DNA of 62,344 nucleotides, filler included, from Bipalium vagum (GCA_037834085.1; 3 parts of 3 records of this genome joined end to end with filler, not necessarily neighbours in it), one strand, 5' to 3'; positions 1 to 13,895 are shown, counted from the first letter of the whole stretch. Notes: generated by a model not told the origin, from the letters alone. Numbers and translations: made by a program.

Positions 1-924
1 GAATTTGTGAAAATACAGAGGTTTTTGTTAAAATTTTTAAGGACAAAAAATGTCCCAAAAGCTTTTTGTGAAATTATTCCGAGAGTGAAATTAACGGATG
101 TGAAATTATACAGTGTTGACTGTAATTACAACAGCAAACTGCAACAGGCAGTCATCCTCAAACAAACTGCAACAATCGGTAGTCAAACTAAAACACCAAA
201 CTGCTCAGGAAATCGCAAACAACAAACCTTAATTAAAAAGCTGTGCCAGGGAAAACTTTGGTCAGCAAGATAAAATTAACAAGATAAAACATTAACTTAT
301 GGCAATTTTCTGGGCGAAAAATAATGAATTTTTATAATAATTATATACTATTTTACTGTTCATTTTAGCGTTTCTGATTGGCCATTTAAGCTGTCAATCA
401 TGATGTACCTTCCATATTTAATTATTACTAAAAATAAAATAAATTTCTAAAAATTTAAAATTATAATATTATAAATTCACGCTACTGACTAAAAATCAGT
501 AGTTGTTACTATTTAAAATTTATTTTATTAAAAAAGTTATTATAATTTGATAATTTTAGGATAACACGCTACTGATTAGAAATCAGTAGTTCTTCCTAAA
601 TAATATTTAAAATTTATTTAATTAATTTTAAATTAATATTTAAAATACATAATTTTAAATTGGCCAGCGTATTAATTAAATTTTATTTTTCGCCAAAATT
701 TTATTTACAGATAGGAGTCGAAACTCAACAGCTGTTAGAAATAAATATAACAATTGATAACCATTAATCGATTCAAGTAAATTTTTACTTGTTTCTCCGT
801 TATGCTATTTTTGTAGCTCCATCATTTTAGTTGGTTGAAAAGAAATTCTTATTCGAGGACTCTTCACTTATCTATTAGTAAAAGATTTTTTCTTAACTTT
901 TATTAGAATTATTAATTTTATAAT

Positions 925-1564
925 TGATATCACAAATATATTTTCTCGGAGTGGAGACATAATTGGAGATTAATGGCCATTCTGGGTAAAGGCCGTCCGG
1001 ATTCGTCATTCGAGCGTGGAGATTTGTGATCGTATCCAATCTCCACGCCTATATAAAGAGACGGCTATTCCATGAGATTTGCCCAAAAACGAATTGCCGA
1101 ACAAACTTCTGAGCGGCGTTTTCAGAGGAACAAATTTTAGAGAAACGAACGTCAGAACAAATTTCAGAAGGATAGTTTGACGCGATTTCCCAGATGTCCC
1201 GATGACAACTCAGACTCACATACTCATTTTTTTCAAATGATTATGCTTTCACAAGAGGATTTTACAACGGGTCTCGTCGAGTTCATGATTCCCTAGGCGA
1301 CCCGAAAAGGCCCAGTGGACCCGGTGACCTGTCGTCGCTCCGGATGAGACCGATCCGTTTGCGCTATCTTTTGTACTTAAATATTATCGATTCTTATTGC
1401 TATTATTGGTTTAATTCTATTTTTTTATTACCATTGCCAGTGGACTAGATTTCGTTTCATTTTAGACATTGAAAAATTCACGATTTTGATTTGTAGTAGT
1501 AGTGATAAAACTTTATTCGTGGTGGTTTGATTCATTTATTTAATTCGAAAAAACGAACACAACA
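925..1564 (+). mobile_element. Solo-LTR-like GC-rich island with TATA box
   Basis: GC-richer block that can be bounded TG...CA. It has repeated GGAGA motifs, TATATAAA at 1050-1057, three GAACAAA(C/T)TT repeats about 28 nt apart and a T-rich 3' part. There is no ORF. No clean target-site duplication was found, so the boundaries are approximate. Confidence 0.5.
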
Positions 1565-2502
1565 AATTAAATTGAGTTTTTGATACGAGTGAACGTTAGT
1601 TTTAAGTTATAATAGTGACACTAGAAAGTATTTGTTATTTTCATTTTTATTTATGTAAATTTCTAAGTCTTTTGATACTAACTTTAGTTTATCACATTTG
1701 ATTATGAAGGCTAATCTTACATCGACCTGTTTTATTAATTATATTTCGGCGGTTAGAAGTAACATTCATACCTTCTGCACCATGAACTTAAGTTTAACAT
1801 TTGCAGTAAATCGGTAAAACTGAAAACGATATGATTCCTGATACAGCTTCAGCAAAACATCTTATTAAAAAAGGATTAACCAACTAATTTCCCTATTCTT
1901 ATTCTTGTTTCCGTCCTATATATTTATTATTAACTAATTTATTGTTAATATTTATTTTCAATTGGATGCTTGAAGTTTTACGTCAAACAAGATAGGTGCT
2001 TCCATCTTCTGAAGTCTAATAACAAAAAACTACAATCTTTATTTTATTGATCTACATAAATAACAAAGTCATTATCTTTAAATAGTTATCACCAAAAACA
2101 ATGCAACCACTAGAATTTATTTTTAAATAATGAATCCAATAATCGAAAAATATACAATTAAAAAGACGATGACAACCTTAATAAGTACCTTTAAAATTCA
2201 ACCCAGCTTCAGATAGAATCAGATCCAATAAGTCGATCGAGACCAAAACAATCTGTGGAGAATAGTTCACATACACAAAATAAGAAAAAAGTTTAAGGAA
2301 CATTTTTAATCAATTAAATCATAATTCTAAATAAAAGAAAAAAATTAACATAATCAGTAAAAAAATTGTTCATAATGAAAAAGAATCGATAATTTAACAA
2401 ACTTAGAGAAAGATTTTTATTATTTAATTAAAATGATTCATACTTGATACAGTCAGAAAGGCTAAGGGAATGACTCCATTTAAAAACCTTCAAAAAAGTG
2501 AT

Positions 2503-4266
2503 TTATTTCAAAAATTTCCCATTTGATTTATCAGCACCAGATATATTGATTCCCTTGTCGAGGTTCCCGTTGACTAGAAAGATATTTTTCTGATCAGCTT
2601 GCAAAGATTCGAACGAATGACACGTGTTTGTCATGTTCATGTGATCGACAAGAACCTGGGGATCAAACGATTTCAGATCACTCAAGAGTAAAGAAGATTC
2701 GGCACAAAATCGCCCGTGTCGTAATCGTCGACATTGCGTGAGCACAAGTGCACATTTCAACTTGGACCCGATTTCATTGATGAAGCTAATAATAAAATCG
2801 ATATCTTCATTGAGAACATGAATTTCTATTAAAGATATAATATAACATTCGATAATCAATATCGCAGACAATTAATACCTGTGGTGAAAAACGGCGGGTC
2901 AAATTTCACACAATTCAATCCATAAATAATTGGACTGGGTTTCCGAACGGGATCACAATTGTCCCGATCTTCGGCTGCAATTGCCTTGGGTCGCAGAATT
3001 CCACCGCTGTTGCACAAAGCATTGTATGCAGCTTGACTGTTTGGTGCTAAACCGGCACTGACGTATGAGTGGCTGATGTAGTGATGAAGTCGGTTTTGGA
3101 GTATATAATCGATTTTACTTTTCTTGACGTGTTCTAATCGTTTGTGTAGATTATGTTTAGTCAAGTGATTGAAGCTTAGAAATAGCGTCTTTAAAAAGCC
3201 AAGACACTTTAATAAATTAAATCAATATTTATTTATCAGTAAAAATGAAGAAATAAATTTACTTTGTTTCTTTAATTACAATTTTTAGGCGTTGGAATAA
3301 ATATTATCGACATGAAACTGTTGATATTAAAAGCTTGGTTATTTTATTTAAAAATATATAGGATACTTTTAGTCAATTTCAATTAATATAATTTGGATAA
3401 TTATGCTTGTGTCAAGATACTCATTCAATAACTAGATTTTAGAGGGACAATTGAGAGGACAAAAAAGGAATGCCAACAATAAGCGTTTTGAGCCTTCATA
3501 AAGTTTAAGAATATTTTTCATTCCCATAATAAATAGGTAGTTCGAGATTCACCCACCAACCTTATTCCCGAAGCTTTGAAGAGTCAGAATTACATTTTAA
3601 AGACTATTTTCAATAAGTTAACAATTTATGTTTCCCGGTGTAAATGTAAAAATTAAACTACACTCAGAGACTAATTTAAAATATACTCCACGATGTGCGC
3701 AGGATTGTTGCAGATTCTGGAGTGCCTGTATATGTTGATCTCCCCATCATACAAGTTAATCGATAGACATTTAAATAACAGTTTTCTTCAAACATTTTTG
3801 ACGAAATTGCCAATCCGATAGGACCGATTCCGATAACTAAAACTTTTTAATATTGAAAGTATGATTAAGATAGACCTTGAACTCCTGAGGCAAATGTTGG
3901 CAACGCATTCACAGCGTATATTTCGAAATCAGTTGGATAATAGCCAGGGCCAGTTACTTTAATAGATTGTTTAGCTAATATTATTATGATATAATTGAAC
4001 CTTGAGGTAAGGATAATAAATCAGCAACTTTGATTACTTCATTTTTTAGGTCAGGATTTCTTACTACTTCAGTTACAATTCTTTCATTTTCATTTGGTAA
4101 ACCATTAAATCCTTCAATTAAATTAAATATTTCATTCAAAAAAACAACCTCCTGCTAAGTATTTTTGAATTATGCCCCCAAATTTTGATATACTCATATT
4201 TGGAGGTTTATAGACAGAAAGTAATCCATTTAAAATTCTATAAAGTTCATTTGATGTCCATGCCAT
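2503..4266 (-). CDS. TRUB2: Mitochondrial mRNA pseudouridine synthase TRUB2 (TruB family); 6 exons: 4266-4149, 4111-4001, 3956-3876, 3836-3687, 3133-2879, 2825-2503
   Basis: Manual GT-AG splicing gives one open frame: MAWTSNELYRILNGLLSVYKPPNMS...VTGPGYY...FASGVQVIGIG...YRLTCMMGRST...KHVKKSKIDYIL...SQAAYN...ILRP...SPIIYGLNCVKFDPPFFTTEIHVLNE...INEIGSKLK...TQCRRLRHGRF. This follows recalled TRUB2 motifs in order (GLFAVYKP, ASGVLVLGVG, GKATD, QEAYE..GLIRP, GIRC..F.PP.F, HEIG..LK, TQVRR.RDG.F). Introns are 37, 44, 39, 553 and 53 nt and all phases are compatible. ATG is in AAAATGG context and the stop is TAA. Confidence 0.93.
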
Positions 4267-6209
4267 TTTAAAAATTATGCTTCAATAAAATTATTAAAAC
4301 AAAAGTATTAAAGTGTAAATGGATTATATTCCTTATTTTATAATTATATATAATTATATTTGATAATAGATATCAAATAGAAAATTCAATTAGTACAAAT
4401 TATTTTAAAATTAAAATGTTCAAAAATTTTCACAATATGTTTTAATTGTTTTAACTAGAAACCTAATCATAATAAAAGATCATGTGTTTGGTAAACTTAG
4501 CTGGTTAATATCAAAATATTGGGAAAGCGAAATAAGTTGTAATTGATGTTGTTATGACTGATTGCTTACGATACTTGAGAAGGCTATGGTATAGTATCTA
4601 TTAAACAAAACCAAATAACTTTCGACTTAAATTATTTATAATATTAAATGTCAAACTTCGGATTTTGCAAATCTGACATGATTTACTTAATCATCTAATG
4701 TTTATTTGGTTCAGATTTCACCAAAATTGTGAGATGCCTCTAATTAATTCTCATAATACGTATCTGGTTTTGAAAAGGTAGTACAATAAATTTAATAAAC
4801 TTGAGCTTAGTATGTATCTATACTAAAACTCATTATTATTTTTTTTTAATTCAAATCAGATTTTGAAATTTGGCTAGCGTTTATCGATTTTAGGAATACC
4901 AGCATAATACATGGCTCAAACTAATAAAATTTTTAAGGGTAAAAACAGGCATGAATTTGAAGTGTTCCCTTCAATAACGACATATCTTCATTAAACAATG
5001 TGAAGAATCTTTTTCTTGATTTTCTGTTTCTGACTCTTAGTTAGTTGTACTTAATAATTGGTCGAATATTTTCTGTAATTTCACACGTCAAAACATTTTC
5101 TGGCATTTATGTTAAAATATTGGCTATTGCTGCATATCTATGTCCAAGTGCGATCAACAAAATGCTGAGAATCAGTTATTCTCGCATTTATTTATGCAGC
5201 TTTATTTTAGGTAATGTTTATTTTATGCTTAATGTTTATTATTTGTCGTTTGTCAAAAATATTTTTTCTGAGGTTATTGTGGTACTGTTTTAATCAACAA
5301 TTCGACAAATTAATTAATTAGGATAGATAATATTTGTACTCAAACCTAAGCAGTTATTCTGAAACATCAGTTTATTTATGATCTGTTCGACTAATAGTTG
5401 TTTTCTGTAGTTTAAGAAACCTCAATCATAAAAATGATTCAAATCTTTATATATAACCTAAAATATTAATAATATTATTGATAAATATCTCCTCATGAAG
5501 TATTATTATTAGGACAATTTTATGTATTCCAAAAAAGTTTTGAAAATCAAACGAGACTTCCATAATTACTCGGACAAAGGGCAAATCTTTCAAAAGTATT
5601 ATACTTTACATCTAGTTACTTTTTACAATTTTCCCGGGTTTCATAAGATCGATTTTTGAAAACAAGAAAATTTTTCTATAATAGCATAAATCAATTAATT
5701 GATATTTATTACAAAAATTTTCTTTTACTTTTATATTTTTATCGAAAAAATGAATATTCCAAAATTGTTTTTATTTCTGAAATCAATTTTCATATATCCA
5801 ATTTTCAAAGATTCATTTTTATTTGTTTTAATTAATGAAATTTATCTCAAACAGAAAATGTTTTATTTTAATAATAAATCAACATTGACACTTTTGTATT
5901 ATTGGAAAATTTCAAACTTTTAATTTGAGTAAAAGTTTATTAAATATTTTTTATTATTAATAATTCGCCTATTAAAACCAATTTATAAAGACTATTAAAA
6001 ATGAAAGAAATTAAAATCCCATTGAAAAAGACAATGACAATCAATATAAAGATAATAAAATTTAAGAATTATATTATATTTCTTAAAACTCATTGAGACA
6101 TTTTAGTTTATTTCATTTTTAAAACTTAATGAATTTCCATTAAAAATGGAAATATTTAATCAATAATAATAAAAAATAGGTTACTGAAATATGGAAAATT
6201 TTCATTTTC

Positions 6210-6249
<40 letters not shown>

Positions 6250-6250
6250 T
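6210..6250. repeat. (AAT)n microsatellite
   Basis: Perfect AAT array read directly; a complementary (ATT)n run lies at about 6391-6412. Confidence 0.95.
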
Positions 6251-7780
6251 ATCTGAACAGTTCTTGGTATTTTCTAAAACTCAAGACTTGTCTGTCCATG
6301 TTTACAGAGGAGTTAAAATAAATTTCCCGAAACCATTCTCAATTCTCCATAACACATCATAAAGTTTCCACAACTAAAATTTATGGGAAAATTATTATTA
6401 TTATTATTATTATAAAAATTACTCAAATTTATAAATAGTCACTGATATGAAGTTTCAGTGTTTGTTTCTTTGTAATGTTTCAATGAATGCAGACTTAATC
6501 ACTTTGGAAGCCTAGACGAAAAGCTAGAAAGGAAATTGATCGGCGGTTAACAAGAATATGTCATTTTTTCTTAATGGAGGTCGTATCCTCATCTAATGGG
6601 TTATCTCCATAGACACATATTGAAGTGGATAATTAATTTTGCCTAGCACCGACATTGCATTGTCACTGACTCTCAGCATCGCGAGACACGCGGACATTAA
6701 AATGTCTGGAGTACAAAATCCACAGGGCACACACAGGATCCTCTCTTGTGTCTTTCTTTTATTTGGCGAATATTATATCTCGTCGACAAGCAACTGCTCT
6801 AGCCTCTTCTAATTGATATTAGGTACGCTTACATGGAAAGGCTTTTAGGTGTAATTTAAAATTTCAATTAAATTTTACACTAGAGAGTAGTCTGTCACAC
6901 AGAAATAGCTATCTTCTCAATTCGATATTTCCTGACGTTTTTGGCTGTAGTTTAATGACTATTTACTTTCAGGATGTTTTCCCAATGACCCTAGCTATCA
7001 GATGATTAGGCTACCCAATTAGTTGGAGTCATTATAGTGAATTGTTCTGACATTCAGTCAATTTATAAATGCATTTCATTTTTCAAAATAATTAATAACC
7101 AAACTTTAATAATAAAACCAAGTCTTATTTGCATAAATAAATTATGAATACGTTGATATTAATTACGTTTTTCTATTCTGAACATGGGATATTAATATGG
7201 TGGAGGAAATTGCGTTCGGATAATGCAGCCTCTGTGTAATGTGACAGCCAAGTTTTAAGATCAGAATTTTTTCTCTGAGCATTTTTTCCATTACGAAAAT
7301 TTGAAAGAAAAATGGTTTTTTGAAAAAAAATAATTTTTTTCAACTTTATAAAATAATAATATTATTATTATTGAAAATCCAAACGAGAGGCAGCGTTGGG
7401 TTTTCCATTGAACTTGTATTAAAAGATGGAATGGGTTCCATATAAAATGGGAATTATTGCAAAACACGTTTATTCCTTTATAAATTGGCCTCTGGATATT
7501 ACCATTCATTAAACATATGGGAAATGATAATATCATATAAACTCTTTAATGCATATTCGGATATCTTGTATCGGTTTAAAATATTTTAAAATTATTCGTA
7601 TATTTAAATAAATGTGAAAGAAAGATTTTAAAGTAGATGACAAATTAAAAATTAAATTTATTATTATTTGAAATTGAAAAACAAGATAAAAATTACGAAT
7701 ACTTACGTCTTTTTAATGATAAAGGATATACCATTATTGAATTTACCCTGTAATAAAAATGTTGTTATAATTATTATGTA

Positions 7781-8500
7781 CAAGGTGTCCAAAAAATTCA
7801 TTAGAAATTTGAATATCATATAATTCTTTAAAATTTTGATAAAATTAATTTGCTTTGAATTGATATATTAATCGATCCTTAAAGGTTTATTTATAGTCAT
7901 AAAAATTCAGGTAAAATGATTTTTTGTTTTAATATTAAATTTATTTTCGTAGCTATGTTAAGAAAAGAAACCAAAATTCAAATATTGATATTAAAGGCAC
8001 AATTACAATCAAAAACTAAGGTGATGAGACAGCTGGAAAAAATGAATGTATTCGATATTCATTCAAGTCTCGAAACTATTGCGAATGTGTAAAACAAATT
8101 TTGAAACACGGAACTGTTCACGATTTTCCAAGGAGTGGTCGATCAGGCATTAATATGAGCAAGGAAATTATGGAAATTGTTAGTGATCATGAAATACATT
8201 CTTCTCGTGAGATATGGACCTAGGAATTTCAAAGAGTACAAGTCATAGATCGCTGATGGTGCAGCACAACACTTTGCTCTTTATGTGCGAGGTTTCATGA
8301 ATACAAACTTTAACAAAACACAGTGGTGGCACACTGTTAGCCAGAAAGATCTCTAAGCACATAAATCAACAATTTGTAGATGTCTCCAGGCGCTATGAAA
8401 AATTCAAAAGCCTGAAAAGTTTAAGTAAATTATTATTTGAGAAATTTCAGGTAACTTTGTCGCATAAAACTATTGATAATTGCCTTAAAGGATTTCAACA
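7781..8500 (+). mobile_element. Degenerate Tc1/mariner (DUF4817-HTH type) transposon remnant
   Basis: TA-CAAGGTGTCC terminus. Frameshifted peptides ETGTVHDFPRSGRS (HTH linker) and DGAAQHFALYVRGFMN (QDGAPAH-like). Many stops. Confidence 0.75.
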
Positions 8501-11500
8501 ACAGAGAAAAAACTATGCTTCCCATTTAAAGACCTGCTGACGAACAAAATGAACGCAACATATTTTTTATTGATGAGGTATGCTTCAAAATAGTATGTTA
8601 CTATTAATAGAAACTTGAAAAAATTTTAGTAAATTTAAAAATAGTAATATCAAATTACTCTTTCAAAAATTGCATGTAATACAAATAATGAAAATTAAAT
8701 AAAATTTTCAAATGAAAGGGCTGAGAAATAAGAGGAAAAAGAAGCACCAAATGTAAAATACAAATAAATATAAATGAAGAGTTCTGAAAGAAAAATGGTC
8801 TATTCCAAATGCAAAAGAATTTAACACAGAAATAGAAATAAGAAAAAAGTTCAGGAGTCACATTCTAAAATATAGAATCCAACAGTTTCAAAATGTAAAA
8901 GTACAAATTTCGCGAAATCTTCAAAGGTTCATAAAAACATATATAGGTAATTCTTCTACAACTTTAAACCATCCTAAAATAATAATTACTTTTGTTGCTT
9001 TCTGTTTTTTACTTAGCTTTGAAATCAAGTATAAATTGAACAGTTGTGCTTTAAATAATTTAATTAATAAATAATATTTTTACTGGTATCACAACGATTT
9101 CAAGGGATCCGATTTGCAGATTAATTCTAAATCATAATCAAATTAAAATAATAATAATTTGATCACAAATCACTGATGTTTTTTTTGCACAATTAAATAA
9201 TCCAAATAAACTCTCAAGGTTAAGATATCTCTTCCAGTATTTCAGAATCAATCAATGAACTGTTATGGTCATCTATCTTTTCTTTGCCCTTAATATTTTT
9301 TAAATCCAGGTTAATCCTTGGCCAAATTTGTAGATTACAAATTGTGAAAGATTCTATAAAAAATATTTTTGCAAAAACGTTTTTTCTCCGTCAATCAATT
9401 TATTTTATTCGATTCACTTTTTTATCCATTGATTCAATACAATTTTTGTAAATTTTATCGATTTATTGTTTGATATAAATTTGAACTTTCTTTATATATT
9501 GATTTGGAATTTTTAAGTCTTTTTTTCTGAAAAAGTCACGGAAAAATAATTAATTTTGAAAATCAAACCCCTTTCTGTGTCAAGTTGCATATCTAATTCA
9601 AAATCATTACACCATTTTTAAGAACTTTGGAATACTGTAGGGATTCTGGAAATACAATAACTTTTACTTTTAAAGTTTGGAATAAAAATACTTCAAGGTC
9701 ATCTTAAAAATAATTTTTTTGGAATATTTTAAATAAATAATATTTAGAGAGAGTACATTATTGGAATATAAAATGTTTACTGGTATTTGAAATGTGACCA
9801 TTTACGAATCAATTTTATGATACCAGTTTTGTGAAAGAAAGAACTCAACGGACGACAATATTATCAGCTTTATAAAAATCTCTTTTCCGACTAAAAGGTG
9901 TTATACAAGGGTCTTATACAAAATAATTGGGCTGCAACTCAAAATTCCTGAAAAATTTATTTTTCCACATTTTCTTTGAATTGGGTTGTTGTGCATTATT
10001 GATAATGAATCCATTTCCATATGTCACAGTTGAATAATGTTTTCATTTTTCTCTTTTCACATTACTTAGTTCAATTAAATGTTGATATCACTGTATCAGC
10101 ATGTTTTAGTAAATAAAGATGAATGCTTTTCTAGCTATCTTCAAAACTTGCTTATATTTATTCCATAAATTTCTGGGTTTCCAGATATAGCAAGTGACTC
10201 TCCTGTTAAAGTCATTGACACTTTAGATATTGTTACAAATAGTGAAATTCTCACCGCGTGTTATATGTTGAACAATGACGCTTTCATTTTGTAATCTTGA
10301 AATGAACATTTTACAAACTGTACAAAAGCCTGTTTTATGTTGGGATCCACATTTAAGTCAATAGTTGGCATCACCAAAACCTTGCTAAAGTCAATAACTA
10401 ACAATCAAAAGCTTGCTGACGACCGTAAAGGAGCCGGACTAATGCCGACACAACTGATCTCCAGGAGCCGATGGAGAGTGAAGATAGGTCTCCCAAATTG
10501 ACCATCGACTGATCAACTACAACTGACAATTAAAACCATTTATGTTTTAACAATAATTTTTCTTTGTGTATTTTACATGTGTATGAAAAAGTGTCGTTAA
10601 ACCTACTGTCTTTTATCATTATGTTCCTAAATGTCGTGTAAAGTAAATTATATTTTTTCGAGAAAAAAATGTGTTCTTAAATAAGTAAAATCAAATAAAA
10701 TAAATTAAGACAAATGATAATCAAGCTATAGTAATATTAGTTATCAATATAAATAATATTTTTAATAATAATAATATAAAAAATAAATTATAATTAAAAT
10801 AAAAGTAAAGTTACAAAGATAAATAATAATATTATTAAAATAATTATAAATTATGTAAAATTAAAGAAAATATTAATAATTTAATAATAATGATGAAATA
10901 ATAATAATAAATAAATATAATATTAATAAATAATATTAAAATCATAATTTTTTAAGAAAACTTACTTTAAGTAAACGAGAAAAATTGAAATAAATAAAAC
11001 GTCATTGAAATATAAAATTTTCATAAATTTGAACAAAATAATTTGCTAAAAATATTAAATTACTTAATTTAGAAACATTTAACAACAATTTTAAGCTGCT
11101 ATTAAATTTAGTAAGTCTCATTTATTAATAGAAAAAATAGTAAGACTATTTAAACCAATCAAAATGCTCAAGTAATGAAATCGGGTAGTATAAATACCGA
11201 TGTGATTTCAGTACAATTCGCTCTTAAAAATAGGCTTAGAATACGATTTCGAATTAAAAACAATTAAGCAAACCAATAAAACTAAAAAAGGAACCGTTTT
11301 CTAAAAATCAAATAATAATTAATTAATTAATTTTTAGTGATGGAATCATAACACCTCATCACTTTTTTCCGGTCTGTAATCTTAATTTGTCTGTCATTTC
11401 TAAGAATTTTATACATATTCTGAAAAAATATTTAAGAAAAATTTGTCCATAACAATATTTATAAAATCTAAATAAAACTTAACGTTTCTTGATTTTCTAA

Positions 11501-13895
11501 TTATATTAATAAATCTTATTTGTAAAATTTTAAAAGAAACGATACAAAAATTTGGGGTACATATTGTGTCAAATAAACACAAGACCAAACTTCATAAACA
11601 TTCTTCAACCAAATATTTTATTCATTTCTTTATTTTTTCTTAGATTTCGAATGTTACATCCTTTTTCCAAATACCAAATAATTTTTTTAATAAATGATAT
11701 TTTTTAGATCAATAAAATAAAAACTAAATTTTTTCTTTTTTTATAATAATCAAATATGAATTCCAAATTTCATCAGTAAAAATAATGATATAATAATATA
11801 TATGAAGAATCTCGATATAGTATAGAGCCATCGTGTCAATGGCTTCATGCTATGGTGGAGATTTGTGGAGCTCCCATTTATCCATGTTAGACCTTCTGGT
11901 AGATTTAAAGTTACATATATATTGTAAATATTAAAATAGTGATTATAAATGTTTTTTTCTTTATGCACTGGTTTATTGACAAGAAACGGAAAATCAATCA
12001 TGAAAATTAAAGAATAATTTTCTCAACGTAAATCAATTATAATTAAATGGCAGAATTGCTAATGAAAATAGGTAACATTTAAAGATTTAATAAACAAGAT
12101 AATATTTCTGTTACTGTTTCTGAAGTTCATCATCGAAATCTGATAATGATTAAATTATATATTATCAATTCATTTTGAAAATTATATTTGTTAGCCAAAA
12201 ATTGAAAATAGAAAAATGTAATTTACCTTTTTTTTCTTTCTTTGCATTTATATTTTATATTAAAATATACTATTATTTAATAAAATTAATTAATAATAAA
12301 CATTAAATAAAATAACAAAAATAACAAAAAATCGATTTCCATAATGAAAAATAATGAAAATTTAATTATAATAACTGACCAAGATGACTTGATGTTATAA
12401 AATCTTAATAATTTAATAAGATCTAAAGATAAAAATGGTTTAATAGGTAAAGGGAAAATAAATGATAAATCCAACAAAATGTTCGTTTTATTCTAACGAT
12501 AGACAAAGTTATTTTCGTTTACATTTTATAGATTTTTTAATCAGATATCCAAATAATAATTATACGATAATTTCATATTCAAATGAAAGTAAAGTAATTT
12601 CGAGTTTGAGTAATATTGGATTTAGATTCACCAAGACCCATCAATTCTTAATACGTCAGTTAAATTATGAGCGAATTATTAAATAAAAATGTAATTATAT
12701 TATTCTAAAATTATATAATTTGAATTCTAAAAATGAGGTTTATTCTTAAGAATATAAAGAAAGATAGGGATTTTAATCGAGTAAATGAATTATTAAATCA
12801 AAAATAAGATTGTAAAAGAAAAAAATTTGATACTATTAAATTAGTCGAAAAGACTAAGAATAAATATTAAAATTTGTGTTTGATAATTTTCTGGATTATA
12901 TGAAGTAAAGGTGCTAATAATAGTTGACTCTTTAAAAAAGTTTTAGTAACTAAATTTTAAATGAATATTATTAGACACAATATCAAGAGAAGATATTTTT
13001 TGTATAAAGTTAATTTTTTTCAAAAATGCACCAAAATCTACTTTTAAAATTTAATTACTTTAAACAAAACCCGTAATTCAATAAATAAATATGAAACATA
13101 TTTTATTTTCAAACATAAATTCTTTCAAAATATAAATTTAAAAATTAATAAAATAAATCTTTAAAAAACATAAAATAATCTAAGTTTATTTAATCTTAAT
13201 TATTGAAGAACATTGTAAGTATTTTAAAAATTCCACTATCGGTTTAAATATTCACAAATATAATAATGATTATTGTTAATTCATATTCATTATCTGAATT
13301 AAAATTTATTTCAAATTTAAATTTGGAATTAGATGTGGTATATCATCAGTTCATGGAAATAGAAGAGTAAAATTTAATAATAACTAATTTCAATTTTAAA
13401 ACATTACATTATGAATGAAATGAAATAATTAGAAGTCATAAAAATAAAATTTTTTTAAAAGAACAAAGTGGAACTAACATGAATAAATTAGTGATTTGTA
13501 TAAATTTATTTGTGTAGCAAATTTAATATATCTCAAAGAAATTTCATCTAAAAGTAAATATTTTTCTTTATTCAGTGAAAAATTTATGAAATGAATAATT
13601 CATTATCTTTAACTATATTTGAAAATAAAATTAATTGTTGAAGGTAACTTATTAATTTTTCTATTTTAATCAATAAATGATTTTTAAAACAAATACATGA
13701 TAAATCAATATTGAAAAGTATTATTTTAATCTTCAGATAAAAATGCTTTAACTTCATTTGATGATAAAAATTTAAATGGTAATAATGAAAAAAAATAAAA
13801 TAGTGTGATATAATACGATAATAATTGGATTTTAAATTATGCGATTATGTGATTGGATTGTAACTTTTAGAATCAAACTAAAACCACACAATATC

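Noticed and set aside
9750-10520. GC-richer block possibly derived from a coding element (also 6460-7060, 14180-15480, 44100-44640)
   Set aside because: Probably old retro- or DNA-transposon debris, but no motif set was clear enough to assign a family.
5045-12686. Numerous short F/I/L/K/N-rich ORFs in the track (e.g. 5699-5923, 7291-7536, 8655-8861, 12286-12477)
   Set aside because: Their composition mirrors AT-rich non-coding DNA or antisense of repeats, with no motifs or splice support.
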